Translations under genes and position numbers: made by a program
From: a virus
IMG/VR virus record: IMGVR_UViG_3300036820_000013
Span: 15,081 to 79,080 of that record
Direction: 5' to 3' (one strand)
DNA: 64,000 nucleotides
Shown: piece after piece, positions 63,682 to 64,000 of the stretch
How the letters are laid out: each line of letters begins with the position of its first letter
Position numbering within the stretch: the first letter of the stretch is position 1
Notes under the pieces: model-generated
Told to the model about the DNA's origin: nothing
Databases searched by the model: none
The model's input: the letters and a program-made list of their open reading frames with translations, nothing else

Positions 63682-64000
63682 ATGGTAAAGTTCCACAAGG
63701 TCAACCCAGACGACATCCCTAACTTCCGAGCCGCTCATCGCGGGCGCGTCAGCTACCCGATCCTCAAGGGGTTCCTGGAGACCGGCGACGCAATATCGAT
63801 GCTCGACCGCGAAGGTGTCCAGCAGAGCCTACAAGGCCTGAACTCCTGCCTCAACTCGTACATCCGTAGCCACCGCCTTCCCATCGCGGTCTTCAACCGT
63901 GGCGGTGAGGTCTACCTGGCACGAACGGATACCGACGACGACGGCACGCCCAACGCGGCCAACAACAACATCGACACCATCGATCAGAAGAGGCCTACGG
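63682..64000 (+). CDS. Small putative DNA-binding protein (truncated by the window end)
   Basis: Manual translation MVKFHKVNPDDIPNFRAAHRGRVSYPILKGF...SLQGLNSCLNSYIRSHRLPIAVFNRGGEVYL; weakly resembles 54490-54723. Confidence 0.65.
   Translation, partial: MVKFHKVNPDDIPNFRAAHRGRVSYPILKGFLETGDAISMLDREGVQQSLQGLNSCLNSYIRSHRLPIAVFNRGGEVYLARTDTDDDGTPNAANNNIDTIDQKRPT

Larger units (their letters stand above)
1..64000. mobile_element. Tailed dsDNA bacteriophage (siphovirus-like, probable actinobacterial host), partial genome
   Basis: Terminase-portal-scaffold-capsid-tail-tape measure-lysis module on the minus strand, replication genes on the plus strand, no bacterial housekeeping genes. Actinobacterial host inferred from high GC, an Rpf-like gene and the style of tail chaperone and minor tail proteins. 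Confidence 0.95.

Noticed and set aside
1-64000. Stop-codon reassignment (TAG recoding) suggested by abundant TAG trinucleotides
   Set aside because: Conserved genes are full length in the standard code and many end properly at TAG (helicase, SSB, capsid, portal, terminase).
1-64000. Integrase, repressor or att sites (prophage state)
   Set aside because: No recombinase motifs or host genes were recognised; lifestyle cannot be determined from this window.

Overview
The whole window is part of a tailed dsDNA phage genome with siphovirus-type gene order and high GC, most likely infecting an actinobacterium. It has two arms. A minus-strand virion/lysis arm (19750-52868) carries terminase, portal, scaffold, major capsid, head-tail and tail genes, a -1 frameshifted tail chaperone, a 1782-aa tape measure, tail fibre, holin and GH25 endolysin. 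A plus-strand early/replication arm (53027-64000 and 1-19669) carries an SNF2 helicase, PD-(D/E)XK exonuclease, Sak4-like ATPase, SSB, AAA helicase and a UDG-PolA fusion. No integrase, primase, small terminase, QueC, tRNA or CRISPR array was recognised, so the genome probably extends beyond the window. The unusual features are: (1) a second, stripped-down protein-primed-type family-B polymerase with altered motif B next to a putative primer/terminal-protein-like gene; (2) a 7-deazaguanine DNA-modification set (folE, queD, queE, a TGT/DpdA-like protein) with no visible QueC, coupled to a DUF3310 kinase-like gene and the UDG-PolA; (3) a KcsA-like two-helix channel with a non-canonical filter in the lysis cassette; (4) secreted GH12 and GH16 glycanases plus Rpf-like and NlpC/P60 wall hydrolases; (5) a papain-like protease plus nucleoside phosphorylase cassette inside the structural genes; (6) three tandem disordered peptides sharing an N-terminal motif; (7) several candidate structured RNAs; (8) a strong excess of CTAG. 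All family assignments come from motif recognition by eye, not database searches.
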